NCBI GenBank assembly: GCA_963722255.1
Contig: CAVRJO010000002.1
Location: 384,001 to 448,000, forward strand
Direction: 5' to 3'
Source: Candidatus Babeliales bacterium
GTDB lineage: Bacteria; Babelota; Babeliae; Babelales; JANWKD01
DNA length: 64,000 bases
Shown in pieces: positions 41,508 to 53,234 of this stretch. Position 1 is the stretch's first letter. Each line of letters opens with the position of its first letter. The notes under the pieces were generated by a model. The model had not been told where the DNA came from, did not search any database, and saw nothing but the letters and a program-made list of their open reading frames with translations. Made by a program: the position numbers and the translations under genes.

Positions 41508-42143
41508 TTATTCCCCAAATTTCAAATACAATGCATAGCAAACTGGCATTGCTAAAGCAAATCCTATGGCGCCGTAACCAATTTTAGAAAGCATACTTGG
41601 TTCCGAATGTCTTATTCCGGGATCAATAATGAGATTTGTACCTTGCAAAAGATTATCGGTTGTAAACTTTTTAGTTGTATGATTTATGGGACAATTTCGT
41701 AATATCTGTGAAAAGGTATCAATATACACACCCTCAAACAAACCATAAAATCCAATATCACACAGAACTTCACAAAAATTATCTGATCGCTCTATTCTTT
41801 TCGCAACAAAATCTTTTACTAAAGAATAACTATGTACATGCAAATCAATAAGGTAATTACCATCTTCTAGTTTATATACTTCAATCTGATTAAAATAATC
41901 ACATACAAATTTATTACTTTGATCTTTTGCACGTAATCCAAAGCCTGCTTCAGCAAGGGTTAAGCTTTCGCAACCTTCAATATCTGCATTTTCTAAGCGT
42001 TCTTTTTCTGCTCGAGCTCGTTCTTTTCTTACATGATTACGTTCTGCCCTATCACATTTTTTCTCAAATTCACGACTCTTCATACAATTACCTGAAGAAA
42101 CGAACCCACAAAAAATCAGTAACGCTACTATTTTATGATTCAT
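41508..42143 (-). CDS. exported hypothetical protein with C-terminal TM tail
   Basis: GAGG RBS; signal peptide GNC|MK; tail IGYGAIGFALAMPVCYALY. Confidence 0.7.
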   Translation of the reverse strand: MNHKIVALLIFCGFVSSGNCMKSREFEKKCDRAERNHVRKERARAEKERLENADIEGCESLTLAEAGFGLRAKDQSNKFVCDYFNQIEVYKLEDGNYLIDLHVHSYSLVKDFVAKRIERSDNFCEVLCDIGFYGLFEGVYIDTFSQILRNCPINHTTKKFTTDNLLQGTNLIIDPGIRHSEPSMLSKIGYGAIGFALAMPVCYALYLKFGE

Positions 42144-42238
42144 TGATAAACCTCAACTGACAAAAAAATGTTTATAAATCAACAAAAATTCTAATAAAAG
42201 TATAATGATAGTTGTGATTTAGTAAACAAGCTTGTAGT

Positions 42239-42565
42239 ATGGAAAATAAAAAATACTATTTTTTTGAAATAAATAAAAATATGATTAAAGAACAAGAAAC
42301 AATAATTCGTTTATTGGATGCTCTCTACCCCGGTGTAAAAATTTATCTGTTTGGTTCACGTGCTCGTGGTACAGCAAAACATTATTCAGATATTGATTTA
42401 GCAATCGATACCGGCAAAAAACTAAATTTTTTAGAAATTGCTAAAGCAAAAAATGTTATTGATGGTTTAAATATGGCTGTAACCACTGATATTGTTGATA
42501 TGAACTCTATTCCTGAAACGCTTCGTGCGACCATTCTTAAAGAAGGAATTGTATGGAAAAATTAA
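42239..42565 (+). CDS. minimal nucleotidyltransferase (MntA-type antitoxin)
   Basis: LFGSRARG....SDIDLAID (GS-x10-DxD). Confidence 0.9.
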   Translation: MENKKYYFFEINKNMIKEQETIIRLLDALYPGVKIYLFGSRARGTAKHYSDIDLAIDTGKKLNFLEIAKAKNVIDGLNMAVTTDIVDMNSIPETLRATILKEGIVWKN

Positions 42566-42987
42566 AAGAACGCTATGATAATTTGCTCAAAGCATATAGC
42601 AGATTAAATCATATGATTAACCGTTTTTTAGAATTTTCCCATAAAATGCAACCAAAAACGTGTGTTGATGAGGACGATTGCCTTGCATTTAGAGATGCGA
42701 TGATCCAACGCTTTGAATTTTGCTTTGATTTAACTTGGAAATTATTAAAGATTTATTTAGAAAATAACTATGGGATAGAAGTTGCATCACCAAAAAAAGT
42801 TTTCCAAGAATGCATTAAGCAAAACCTTGTACCTGAAGATAAAAGTGATCTTCTCTTAGAAATGGTTGAAGCTCGTAACAATACTTCTCACAATTATGAT
42901 GAAGAAATTGCTCATGAAATTGCCCAAAAAATTCCACAATATTATGAACTTTTAAAAACAATAATTACGCCTCTTAAAGTAAAGTAA
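42553..42987 (+). CDS. HEPN / HI0074-family RNase toxin
   Basis: IQRFEF.F.L.WK; RNNTSHNY (R-x4-H-x-Y); overlaps the MNT gene. Confidence 0.9.
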   Translation: MEKLKERYDNLLKAYSRLNHMINRFLEFSHKMQPKTCVDEDDCLAFRDAMIQRFEFCFDLTWKLLKIYLENNYGIEVASPKKVFQECIKQNLVPEDKSDLLLEMVEARNNTSHNYDEEIAHEIAQKIPQYYELLKTIITPLKVK

Positions 42988-44894
42988 TTACTGTTTCAAT
43001 TAGATCATCATGCATAAGATTAACCACGGCACGTAACTGCTTAGTAGGAATTTTGGTTCCATACTGAAATGAAACAAACCCATCAATAACGCTAAAATCA
43101 ATACCCGATTTAAAGGTTGCAATTCTCTTTCCTGCTAAACTAAGAATATAACAATCAGAATCCTTGGTAAGAGCGATTGATGGATGCAGTGTAAAGTTCC
43201 AGCACCCGAGCAAATCAGGATCCTTTTTTTGTACCGTTTTCCAACAATCAGCAATAACTATTTGATTAAGATTCTCCTTATATTCTATAGATCTATACGC
43301 AGTTAGACCGTAAAATCTTCTATATAAGGTATGGCTTGTTTTTAATCGATACTGATTATTAACATCGTGCCATTCTTGCAAAAATTCTTGCTGAGGGAGT
43401 TGCAACGAAAAAAAGAAAATCATCAAACTCAATGGGTTCACAACCCTTCACATAAAAACTGTTATGATTTTGAATAGATCTAAAATGGTTACGCCAAAAA
43501 GCTGAAGGTGTATACAAATAACTACCCGGGTCAACAAAAATGGGTTTACCATCAACAGCAAGCGTTATGCTGCCCACATCATTGTGAAAATGGCCTGAAG
43601 GTTGATTATTTTTATACACATGGTGGCGTAAGGAATAATGAACCCGGTCAGTTTTAACGATCGAAAGACCGAAATTTCTAAAATGTTTTACCGGTTCATA
43701 GTAGTCATCGGATTTCATCGATTGTATAAGGTTGGTGCTTATTCCGGAATATAAGATTTTGCCTGAATCATCATCGCCAATACGAATTATAGAAGTGTCA
43801 GAATTTGGTTTACACCAGTCAATAAAACTAAACATTCTTGAAAGTTTTTCTATAAAGCTTTGATCAAATGCAAAGCCCATTTTGGGTGCAAGCAGATAAA
43901 AATGGTACACTATTTCTGTAATAAGCCCATGATAGGATGTTGAACCTTCATAATCAGCCCCTTCATCAAAAATCTGTTTTTTGAATTCTGATAACAACTC
44001 CTGAAAACACCATTCTGCTCGTTGTGGAACTTGGGGTAAATCATAAAAATAGTAGCATAGATAAAAATATCCTATAAGATCCGAAAAATAATGGTTGGAC
44101 GTACGCAAATCATAGATCTCCCAGTTATTTTCTAGATAATGAAAATGATCGTAAAGGCTTTCAGTAATTTTTTGTAAAAATTCTTGAGAAACTGTTCTAC
44201 TCTCTTTAAAAAGTTCAAGAGCCCAAATAATATTTATGCTCCGAATGGCTACGTCCATCGGGCATGCCCAATTAGCTCCTAATAAGAAACTATTATGGGC
44301 TAACCAATCTTCATAATGCCTCACAAATGTTTCGGCATATTTTTCATTACTTGAAAGATTATATGCTTGACCAAGAATAAAAAAATGGTGCAACCGAGAA
44401 AGCTCCCAGGGAACTTTAATGTCTTTTGTAGTTTGATCTGTTCCTGAACAAATTTTTACATCTTTAAAGTAGGCCCGCCAATCAAATTCAGACTGAGCGG
44501 TTGAGTTTTCTGCTTGTAAACGAATATCAGTATGCCATGGAATTATAGCATAGTTTTTTAATGGTGAACCAAGAATAGAAAAACAATTTTGCACGTAAGT
44601 ATCTGCTTGAGCAATAAGCAATGCTTTCTCAAAAGAAACTTTAAAATCATCAGGATGCAAAGCAATTCTCTTGCTAGCATCTAACCAGAAAAGTGTGAAT
44701 TTTTTATACTTCTTTGCAGAATGTTTTTTTACAATATCATTCCATTGATAATGAGCTTTTTTTAAGATCGCTTTTGAACGCCAATAGGTGTCAAATATTC
44801 TACTTTGAATGCGTGTATAGAGAACTGCAACTGAAGTTTTAGGTCCTAATTCAATGGACCTGCGCATATAATGCTTTAATTTTCTTAGCTCCAC
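42974..44894 (-). CDS. heparinase II/III-family protein split by a +1 frameshift in a T7 run (43408-43414)
   Basis: DIKVPWELSR, SNHY, EGSTSYH, GDDDSG, GHFHND, VDPGSYLY, FRS...HN; removing one T joins ...DDFLF-SLQLPQQ... Confidence 0.8.
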
Positions 44895-44909
44895 TACTCA
44901 CCTTTATCA

Positions 44910-46827
44910 TTATTGTAATCGAGTCCCATTAGGAACTGTTTTTTGAACAGAAATTAATTGTAAATTGCCTTGATCATCTTTAGCAGTCAAAATCATTCCT
45001 TGTGATTCTAAACCCATCATCATACGAGGTTTTAAGTTATACACAAAAACGGCCTGCTTTCCTATCAACTCTTCAGGCTGAAAAAAAGTTCGAATACCAC
45101 TTAATATTTGTCTCATACCACAATCACCAAAATTAACCTTTAAACGATATAACTTATCTGATTTTGGAATCGTACGGCACTCTTCAATTGCACCAACACG
45201 TAATTCAATTTTTGCAAAATCAGTAATATCAACCCCTTCTATTTCAATTGGCTTTTGTTCCATGATTTCTTCTTCTTTTCTTGGTTCAATTTTATTAAAT
45301 AAGTTTGGTATTTTTTGAATAGTAAAAGTATGATTCCACGTTTCGTGTTCTAAAAGTTCAACACAATCAATTGTTCCAAGATTATGCATGGCTCCAATGC
45401 TTAATAACATTTGTTCCATACTCTTGGGCATAATGGGCCATAAGAGAAGACCTACAGCACGCAGACTATGGCATATCGCTGAAATAACCTCTAAAAATTT
45501 GGTGCGATCTTTTTGTGCTAACTTCCAAGGTTCATGTGCATGAAAAAAAGCATTTGATTGTGCGATAAATTTCCATATTGCAGCTAATGCCATATGAATC
45601 GAATATTCATGCATATATTTTTTGACTTGAACAATCATTTGTTTTGCTTGTTCATGCAAAGCGATTCCGTCAGAAGACCATTCAACCGGATCCAAATTAA
45701 AAATTTGATTTTTTTCAGCAAGCGTTGTCATGCGATTCAACAAATTTCCAAGATCATTAGCTAAATCTGAGGTAATACGCTGTTCTAGATCATCCAACGA
45801 GAAATTAGAATCTTGACCTATCGAAAATTGTCTCATTAAATAATAACGAACCTGATCAACACCATATAATTCAGCCAATTGCTTTGGATCAACAACATTA
45901 TTTCGTGATTTAGACATCTTTTCATTATCAATTTTTATCCATCCATGTACTAGCAGTTGCTTTGGTAGCTCCAATCCTGATGCCATGAAAAATGCAGGCC
46001 AATAAACGGCATGAAATCGTACAATATCTTTACCCAAGATCTGAAGATCTGCAGGCCACCAATAATTAAACTCCTTTTGCCTCTCTTTTTGCCCATAGCC
46101 AATAGCCGTAATATAATTATTCAATGCATCTGCCCATACATAGGTAACATGCTTTTCACTGCCTGGAAAAGGAATTCCCCAGGTAATTGACGTACGCGAA
46201 ATACTCAAATCACGCAACCCAGATTTTACAAAATTGATTACTTCTTGCGTTCGTTCTTGAGGCACAATAAAATCAGGATTTTCTTCATAAAAATGCAATA
46301 AACGATCTTGATATGCCGACAATTTAAAAAAGTAGGATTCTTCAGAGAGAACAACTGTTGTCACGCAGCACATAAGGGACATAAAGGCTTTTTTATTTCC
46401 TGAACTTCTATATCAGTAACAAAAGCTTCACATGCGTACAATACCATCCTTCATAAAAAGCTTTATAAACATCACCTTAATCAATAATTTTTGTAGCCAT
46501 AATTGAACGGCTTTGATATGTTCAGTATCGGTCGTTCGTATAAAATGGCTATATTCTAAACGATATTCTGCCAAACTTCTTTATAAGCATCGAATAAAGC
46601 TGTCAACAAAATTCTTTGGCGCCATTGCCGCTTTTTGCTGCAGCTTGTGCAATTTTTTGGCCATGCTCATCAGTGCCTGTTAAAAAAAGATATTTGATCC
46701 CAATAAGCCTATTCCAACGGGCTAAAACATCTGCAAGAAAAGTCGAATAGAGTGAACCTAAATGAGGCTTAGCGGTAACATAATAAATTGGCGTGGTAAC
46801 ATAAAATTTTTTTTGATGGTTATTCAT
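44910..46827 (-). CDS. metG: methionyl-tRNA synthetase with C-terminal tRNA-binding domain; 5' part frameshifted (probably assembly errors)
   Basis: FYVTTPIYY..HLGS, TGTDEHGQK, YEGWYC, YVWADAL, GKDIVRFH, KMSKS, Trbp111-like tail. Confidence 0.95.
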
Positions 46828-47029
46828 ATTAGTTTTCAATTATTATTATTTTTTTTATAGATGATTAATAAGTTTAAAACATTTATAGCAATGATGCAAA
46901 AATATTATTAAGTCTTCAAAGCCATAGAAATGAAATAATATTCTTAAAAAAATAATTCATATCTTGATTTCATGTTTTATTACCTGATTTACTATTAAAA
47001 AAAATAGTTCTAATTTCGGAGAAATAGTT

Positions 47030-50000
47030 ATGAAAGCATTCAAGCAATTAAAAAAATTGTCAAATATTGTTGTTCTAATTGCGCTATTCCTTCAACCTCT
47101 TGCTTTACCTGCGCAACATATTATTCAAAACAGCAATAACAACACCGTTGAAACCTGTACTGTACCTGATTCATTTCTCAATTTCCTAGAAAATATTATC
47201 ATCAAAGCTCTCGAAAACAATACCATCGATTCTCTTTCAGAAAATTTATTACGATGTTATGAAAGGCTACTACAAGGGGAATCAACAGTCCTCAAGGAAG
47301 ATCTCATCTGTGCATTTCCTGAGCTTATCAACGGTCTAGATGAACAACTTAAAAATTCAAAAGCTCCTCGTCCCGATGCGCCATTTGATACGGCAGGTGT
47401 TGTCGGTTCAGCTCTAGTAACATGTAACTTAACGCCAATATTAGAATTTTTAGAAAGCATTAAGCTGCTTATCATTAATTGTTGTAACAATCAAGCAAAC
47501 TGCTGTGCTGAACTTTTAGCCGATTTTGCAGGAACATTTTCGGTCCTTGCTGATATCAAACAAACCATTACGACAGACTTCAATGGAACGTTCACTGCTA
47601 TTGCTGCTCTTGTTGTAGCTGCTTGTGATCTTTCCGGTGTATTTACAACTCTCCATGATCTTGAAACCACCGTAACTACATGCTGTGCAAATATCCAAAA
47701 TGATTTTGATTTCACCTGGACTATTTTGGCAGATATTAAGCAAACAATCACCACTGATTTTAATGGCACCTTCACTGCAATTGCAGCAATCAATGTTGAT
47801 GCTAACAACACCTTCACGGTCCTTGCTGATATTAAAAACACTTTAACAACCTGCTGCGCTACTATTCAAGTTGATTTTAATGATACGTGGACTATTCTTG
47901 CAGATATTAAACAGACTATTACCAACGATTTTAACGGTACCTTCACGGTACTCAATACAATTCTACTTAATGAAACCTCCGGTACTTTCACTGCAATCAA
48001 TGCCGGATTCAATGGGACATTTACGGCTCTTGCAAATCTATTACTAACGGTTACTACCGATTTCAATGGTACTTTCACTGCGCTCAATGCTTGTTGCACT
48101 AACTTAACTAATGATTTTAACGGAACATTCACTGCACTTGCTGACATTAAACAGACTATTACCAATGACTTCAATAGTACGTTCACGCTATTGAATACAA
48201 TTCTACTTAATGAAAATAGTGGTACTTTCACTGCTATCAATGCCGGATTCAATGGAACATTTACGGCTCTTGCAAATCTATTACTAACGGTTACTACCGA
48301 TTTCAATGGTACTTTCACTGCGCTCAATGCTTGTTGCACTAACTTAACTAATGATTTTAACGGAACATTCACTGCGCTTGCTGATATTAAACAGACAATC
48401 ACCAATGATTTTAACGGTACCTTCACCGTTCTTAATACAATTCTACTTAATGAAACTGCTGGAACTTTCACTGCTATCAACGCCGGATTCAATGGAACAT
48501 TTACTGCACTTGCAAATCTATTACTAACGGTTACTACCGACTTCAATGGCACGTTCACTGCGCTCAATGCTTGTTGCACTAACATCACCAATGAATTCAA
48601 TGGAACATTTACAGCGCTTGCAGATATCAAACAAACAATAACCAACGATTTTAACGGTACCTTCACGGTATTGAATACCATATTACTTAATGAAAATAGT
48701 GGAACATTCACTGCTATCAATGCCGGATTCAATGGAACATTTACTGCTCTTGCAAATCTATTACTAACAGTTACTACCGACTTCAATGGCACCTTCACCG
48801 CGCTCAATGCTTGTTGCACTAATATTACTAATGAATTTAACGGCACATTCACTGCACTTGCTGACATTAAACAGACTATTACCAATGACTTCAATAGTAC
48901 GTTCACGCTATTGAATACAATTCTACTTAATGAAAATAGTGGTACTTTCACTGCAATCAATGCCGGATTCAATGGAACGTTTACGGCACTTGCAAATCTA
49001 TTACTAACGGTCACTACCGACTTCAATGGCACCTTCACCGCGCTCAATGCTTGTTGCACTAATATTACTAATGAATTTAATGGTACATTTACTGCACTTG
49101 CTGATATTAAACAAACCATCACCAACGATTTTAACGGCACTTTCACGGTATTGAATACGATATTACTTAATGAAAATAGTGGAACATTCACTGCAATCAA
49201 TGCCGGATTCAATGGAACATTTACGGCGCTTGCAAATCTATTATTAACGGTTACTACCGACTTCAATGGCACCTTCACCGCGCTCAATGCTTGTTGCACT
49301 AATATCACCAATGAATTCAATGGAACATTTACAGCGCTTGCAGATATCAAACAAACTATTACCAACGATTTTAACGGCACTTTCACGGTATTGAATACGA
49401 TATTACTTAATGAAAATAGTGGAACATTCACTGCAATCAATGCAGGATTCAATGGAACATTTACGGCGCTTGCAAATCTATTACTAACGGTTACTACCGA
49501 TTTCAATGGCACTTTCACTGCGCTCAATGCTTGTTGCACTAATATTACTAATGAATTTAATGGCACATTCACTGCACTTGCTGATATTAAGCAAACTATC
49601 ACCAATGATTTTAATGGCACCTTCACGGTATTGAATACGATATTACTTAATGAAAATAGTGGAACATTCACTGCAATCAATGCCGGATTCAATGGAACAT
49701 TTACGGCGCTTGCAAATCTATTACTAACGGTTACTACCGACTTCAACGGAACCTTCACCGCGCTCAATGCTTGTTGCACTAACTTAACTAATGATTTTAA
49801 CGGCACATTCACTGCACTTGCTGACATTAAACAGACTATTACCAATGACTTCAATAGTACGTTCACGCTATTGAATACAATTCTACTTAATGAAAATAGT
49901 GGTACTTTCACTGCAATCAATGCCGGATTCAATGGAACGTTTACGGCACTTGCAAATCTATTACTAACGGTCACTACCGACTTCAATGGCACCTTCACCG

Positions 50001-51775
50001 CGCTCAATGCTTGTTGCACTAACTTAACTAATGATTTTAACGGCACATTTACTGCACTTGCTGATATTAAACAAACCATCACCAACGATTTTAACGGCAC
50101 TTTCACAGTATTGAATACGATATTACTTAATGAAAATAGTGGAACATTTACTGCAATCAATGCCGGATTCAATGGAACGTTTACGGCGCTTGCAAATCTA
50201 TTACTAACGGTTACTACCGACTTCAACGGAACCTTCACCGCGCTCAATGCTTGTTGCACTAACTTAACTAATGATTTTAACGGCACATTCACTGCACTTG
50301 CTGACATCAAACAAACTATTACCAACGATTTTAACGGTACGTTCACAGTATTGAATACGATATTACTTAATGAAAATAGTGGAACATTTACTGCAATCAA
50401 TGCCGGATTCAATGGAACGTTTACGGCGCTTGCAAATCTATTACTAACGGTTACTACCGACTTCAACGGAACCTTCACCGCGCTCAATGCTTGTTGCACC
50501 AACTTAACTAATGATTTTAACGGCACATTCACCGCACTTGCTGATATTAAACAAACGATTACTACCGATTTTAATGGTACCTTCACTGCTCTTAATGCTA
50601 TAACTGCCGATACAGGTTTTGTTTCAGTATTTGGCGATCAAATTGTAGGAACCAGGTAAGATTATGTTAGCGTTCAATTTCAATATGGAGTATCATCATT
50701 TGATACAACGGCTTCCGTTCTAACCACCGGAACCGTACAATCATCTAACAGCCTAGCAGTAATCTCATCGGGGGTGGGACCAACCGGATTTGCACAGTTG
50801 CAAAGTAATCGTAATCTACGATATCGTCCAGGCCATGAAGGATCTGCATTCTTCACTGCTCAATTCTCGGGTGGCTCGGCAGCTAATTCAACACAGTGGA
50901 TTGGACTTTTTGATAATCTCAATGGCGCCGCAGTCGGATATACCGGAACCACATTCTCAATCCTTTTCAGACAAAATGGTGTTGATACCACAACCCCCCA
51001 AAGTTCATTTAACCGCGACAAACTTAATGGAACAGGCCCAAGCGGTTTTACAATCAACCCCCAAAATATAAATGTATTTAGAATTTCTTATGGTTGGCTA
51101 GGGGCCGCACCGATAAACTTTCAAGTAATTGATCAAAATGGTGAATGGATTACATTTCATCAACTTATATTCTCAAATACAATCCAGGGCTCAACTTTTT
51201 ACAACCCCACATTACCTATTACCGCACAAGTCCTAAAAACGGCGGGCACAACAAATTTAACAATCGGAACGGCATCCTGGAATGCAAGTCTTGTTGGAGA
51301 ACCATCAACGGCCGGCAGTAGATTTTTCGGAGCTTCAAGCGGGACCGTTGCAATATCATCGCCGGGAGTAGGACATTTGATGACAATTATAAATAATACA
51401 ACATTCAATGGAGTACCAAATAAAGTTGCCGTACGAATCTCCTTATTTACCGGAGGAACGGTAACAACTGCCAGCGAAACCTCAATTATTCAAATCTTAA
51501 CCGGCGCAACGGTAACGGGGCTTTCATTCACAAGCGTCAGTCCCAATTCAGTAGTCTCATTTTCTACCGTTGGAACCTATTCTGCAGGAACGGGGACACC
51601 TGTACTCATTATTCCCAATAATACTTTCGGTAGCGGTCCATTTGCACTCTTTTTACCTCAAACAGACATTTCAATTATTCTCCTGCCCGGACAAACTGCT
51701 ACCGTTACGGGGCAAAGTCTTTCCGGAGCCGGAACGACCGGTATTGCGACTCTTACATGGGAAGAGATGTTCTAA
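47030..51775 (+). CDS. fibre protein: APRPDAP N-domain + 11x80-aa stalk + beta-sandwich head, interrupted by one in-frame TAA (50657-50659)
   Basis: GGAG RBS, signal peptide; frame continues after TAA (..FGDQIVGTR*DYVSVQFQYG..) and aligns with paralog 53235 (FGDRIEEPRDDQISIQFQYG). Confidence 0.8.
47900..50539 (+). repeat. 11 tandem copies of a 240-bp (80-aa) unit
   Basis: GC(C/A)GGATTCAATGG recurs every 240 bp from ~48002 to ~50402. Confidence 0.95.
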
Positions 51776-51800
51776 AAAAAATAAGGAAGGAAAATAATTA

Positions 51801-53216
51801 ATGAACTTTTATAATAAAAAAACGAGTACTACAAGACTAATAATGATTCTAACAATCTTTATTATATCACCATGCATTATCAAACCAACATCACATCAAC
51901 ACTTTATCATACAAGATCAAAGCAATGCTATCGCAGAACTATCATCATTTGATAATCCAACATATATTGGTCAACAAACCACAATTACGCATCCAGGTGT
52001 TTATGCTTTAAATACCCCTATTGATTTTAATCCGACATCTTCAGGACAATCATTTATTACTATCGCATCAAATGATGTTATTCTAGACTTAAATAGAAAA
52101 ACGATACGCTTAGATGCTACAAATACTCAACCGAACATTATAGGTATCTTTGTACAACCAAATCTAAGAAATATCATTATTAGAAATGGAACCATCAGCA
52201 GCATGACATGGGATGGCATATATGTATCTGATGGCTGTAATCTTATCAATATAAATAATATAAGTATAAACGGGTCTACCGATGCCGGCATTAATATTGA
52301 TGGATTAAAAACAGGAACAGGTATCTCTAATGTCACGCTCAATGATATAGATATACAACAAATAAATGGCGCAGCCTCAAATGCCTACGGAATTTTATTA
52401 AAATATACTTTCATATGTAACCTAATTGAATGTATGGTCACCCAACTCAATACAAATTCCTCAAATTGTTACGGTATTAAAATTAAAAATTCTGATTCAG
52501 CTCAAATCAAATCATGCATAGTAAGTGAAAATAACTGTGGGGGTACTGTTAATATTGGCTATCAAATAATAAATTGTACTCCTTGTATCATTGAAGACTG
52601 CCTATCAGCAAACAATACCTGTACAGGCTCAAATCCGATATCAACAGCATATGGGTTCAGTCTTGAAAGGTCACAAAATCAATTGATGAATAACTGTTCA
52701 GCAATTTCAAATCAGTGTACTTATACAGCCTGTGGTATTCGTCTCTTTCAATCTGAAAGTTGCATCGTTAATAATTGTCAATCGCTTTCTAATACAAGTT
52801 CTTTATTAGATGCCATCGGTTTTATAGATGATACTGGATTTGGTAATGAATTCAACGAATGTATTGCAAATAATAACAACGGAAAAACAAATGGATTTGG
52901 ATTTTTACTTAATGCAATCAGCTCATCAGCAATAACCGACTGTGATATTAGGGCAAACTTAAGTACAACAGGAACTGCTTATGGAATTTCATTAACAACA
53001 ACAGTATGTACTATTGCAAATAATACCATTGTAGGCCATATCGGCAATGGGGGCTACGGTATATTTGATAGCGCCAACCTTGCGACCGGTAATGTTTATT
53101 ATGGAAACTACGCAATTAAAAACACTATTAATTATTCTCCTGGAAATCCGACAATTCCTGTTTTTGCCGGACCAGTAAGTGCAATCCCGGGACCTTTACA
53201 AAATATTTCACTCTAG
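51801..53216 (+). CDS. exported right-handed parallel beta-helix protein
   Basis: Signal peptide; TITHPGVYAL, ITIASNDVILDLN; Cys/Asn ladders (I.NC.A.SN). Confidence 0.8.
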   Translation: MNFYNKKTSTTRLIMILTIFIISPCIIKPTSHQHFIIQDQSNAIAELSSFDNPTYIGQQTTITHPGVYALNTPIDFNPTSSGQSFITIASNDVILDLNRKTIRLDATNTQPNIIGIFVQPNLRNIIIRNGTISSMTWDGIYVSDGCNLININNISINGSTDAGINIDGLKTGTGISNVTLNDIDIQQINGAASNAYGILLKYTFICNLIECMVTQLNTNSSNCYGIKIKNSDSAQIKSCIVSENNCGGTVNIGYQIINCTPCIIEDCLSANNTCTGSNPISTAYGFSLERSQNQLMNNCSAISNQCTYTACGIRLFQSESCIVNNCQSLSNTSSLLDAIGFIDDTGFGNEFNECIANNNNGKTNGFGFLLNAISSSAITDCDIRANLSTTGTAYGISLTTTVCTIANNTIVGHIGNGGYGIFDSANLATGNVYYGNYAIKNTINYSPGNPTIPVFAGPVSAIPGPLQNISL

Positions 53217-53234
53217 CAATTTAAAGGTAAATAC

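Noticed and set aside
37140..46827. lon and metG as true pseudogenes or programmed frameshifts
   Set aside because: Too many clustered indels with otherwise conserved residues; metG is essential
47900..50539. CRISPR array or collapsed-assembly repeat
   Set aside because: No unique spacers or cas genes; units are in-frame and differ at synonymous sites
47866..50586. 906-aa minus-strand ORF (VKVPLKSLV repeats)
   Set aside because: Antisense shadow of the repeat gene; no RBS or signal, and variation is synonymous in the plus frame
37758..50659. TAA reassigned to a sense codon (in-frame TAA in lon and in the 47030 gene)
   Set aside because: TAA ends many conserved genes here at the expected position (gatB, orn, acpS, tilS, metG); the lon case looks like an AAA-to-TAA boundary error
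50774..51775. Independent gene starting at GTG 50774
   Set aside because: Start lies inside the domain; homology to 53235 extends upstream across the TAA
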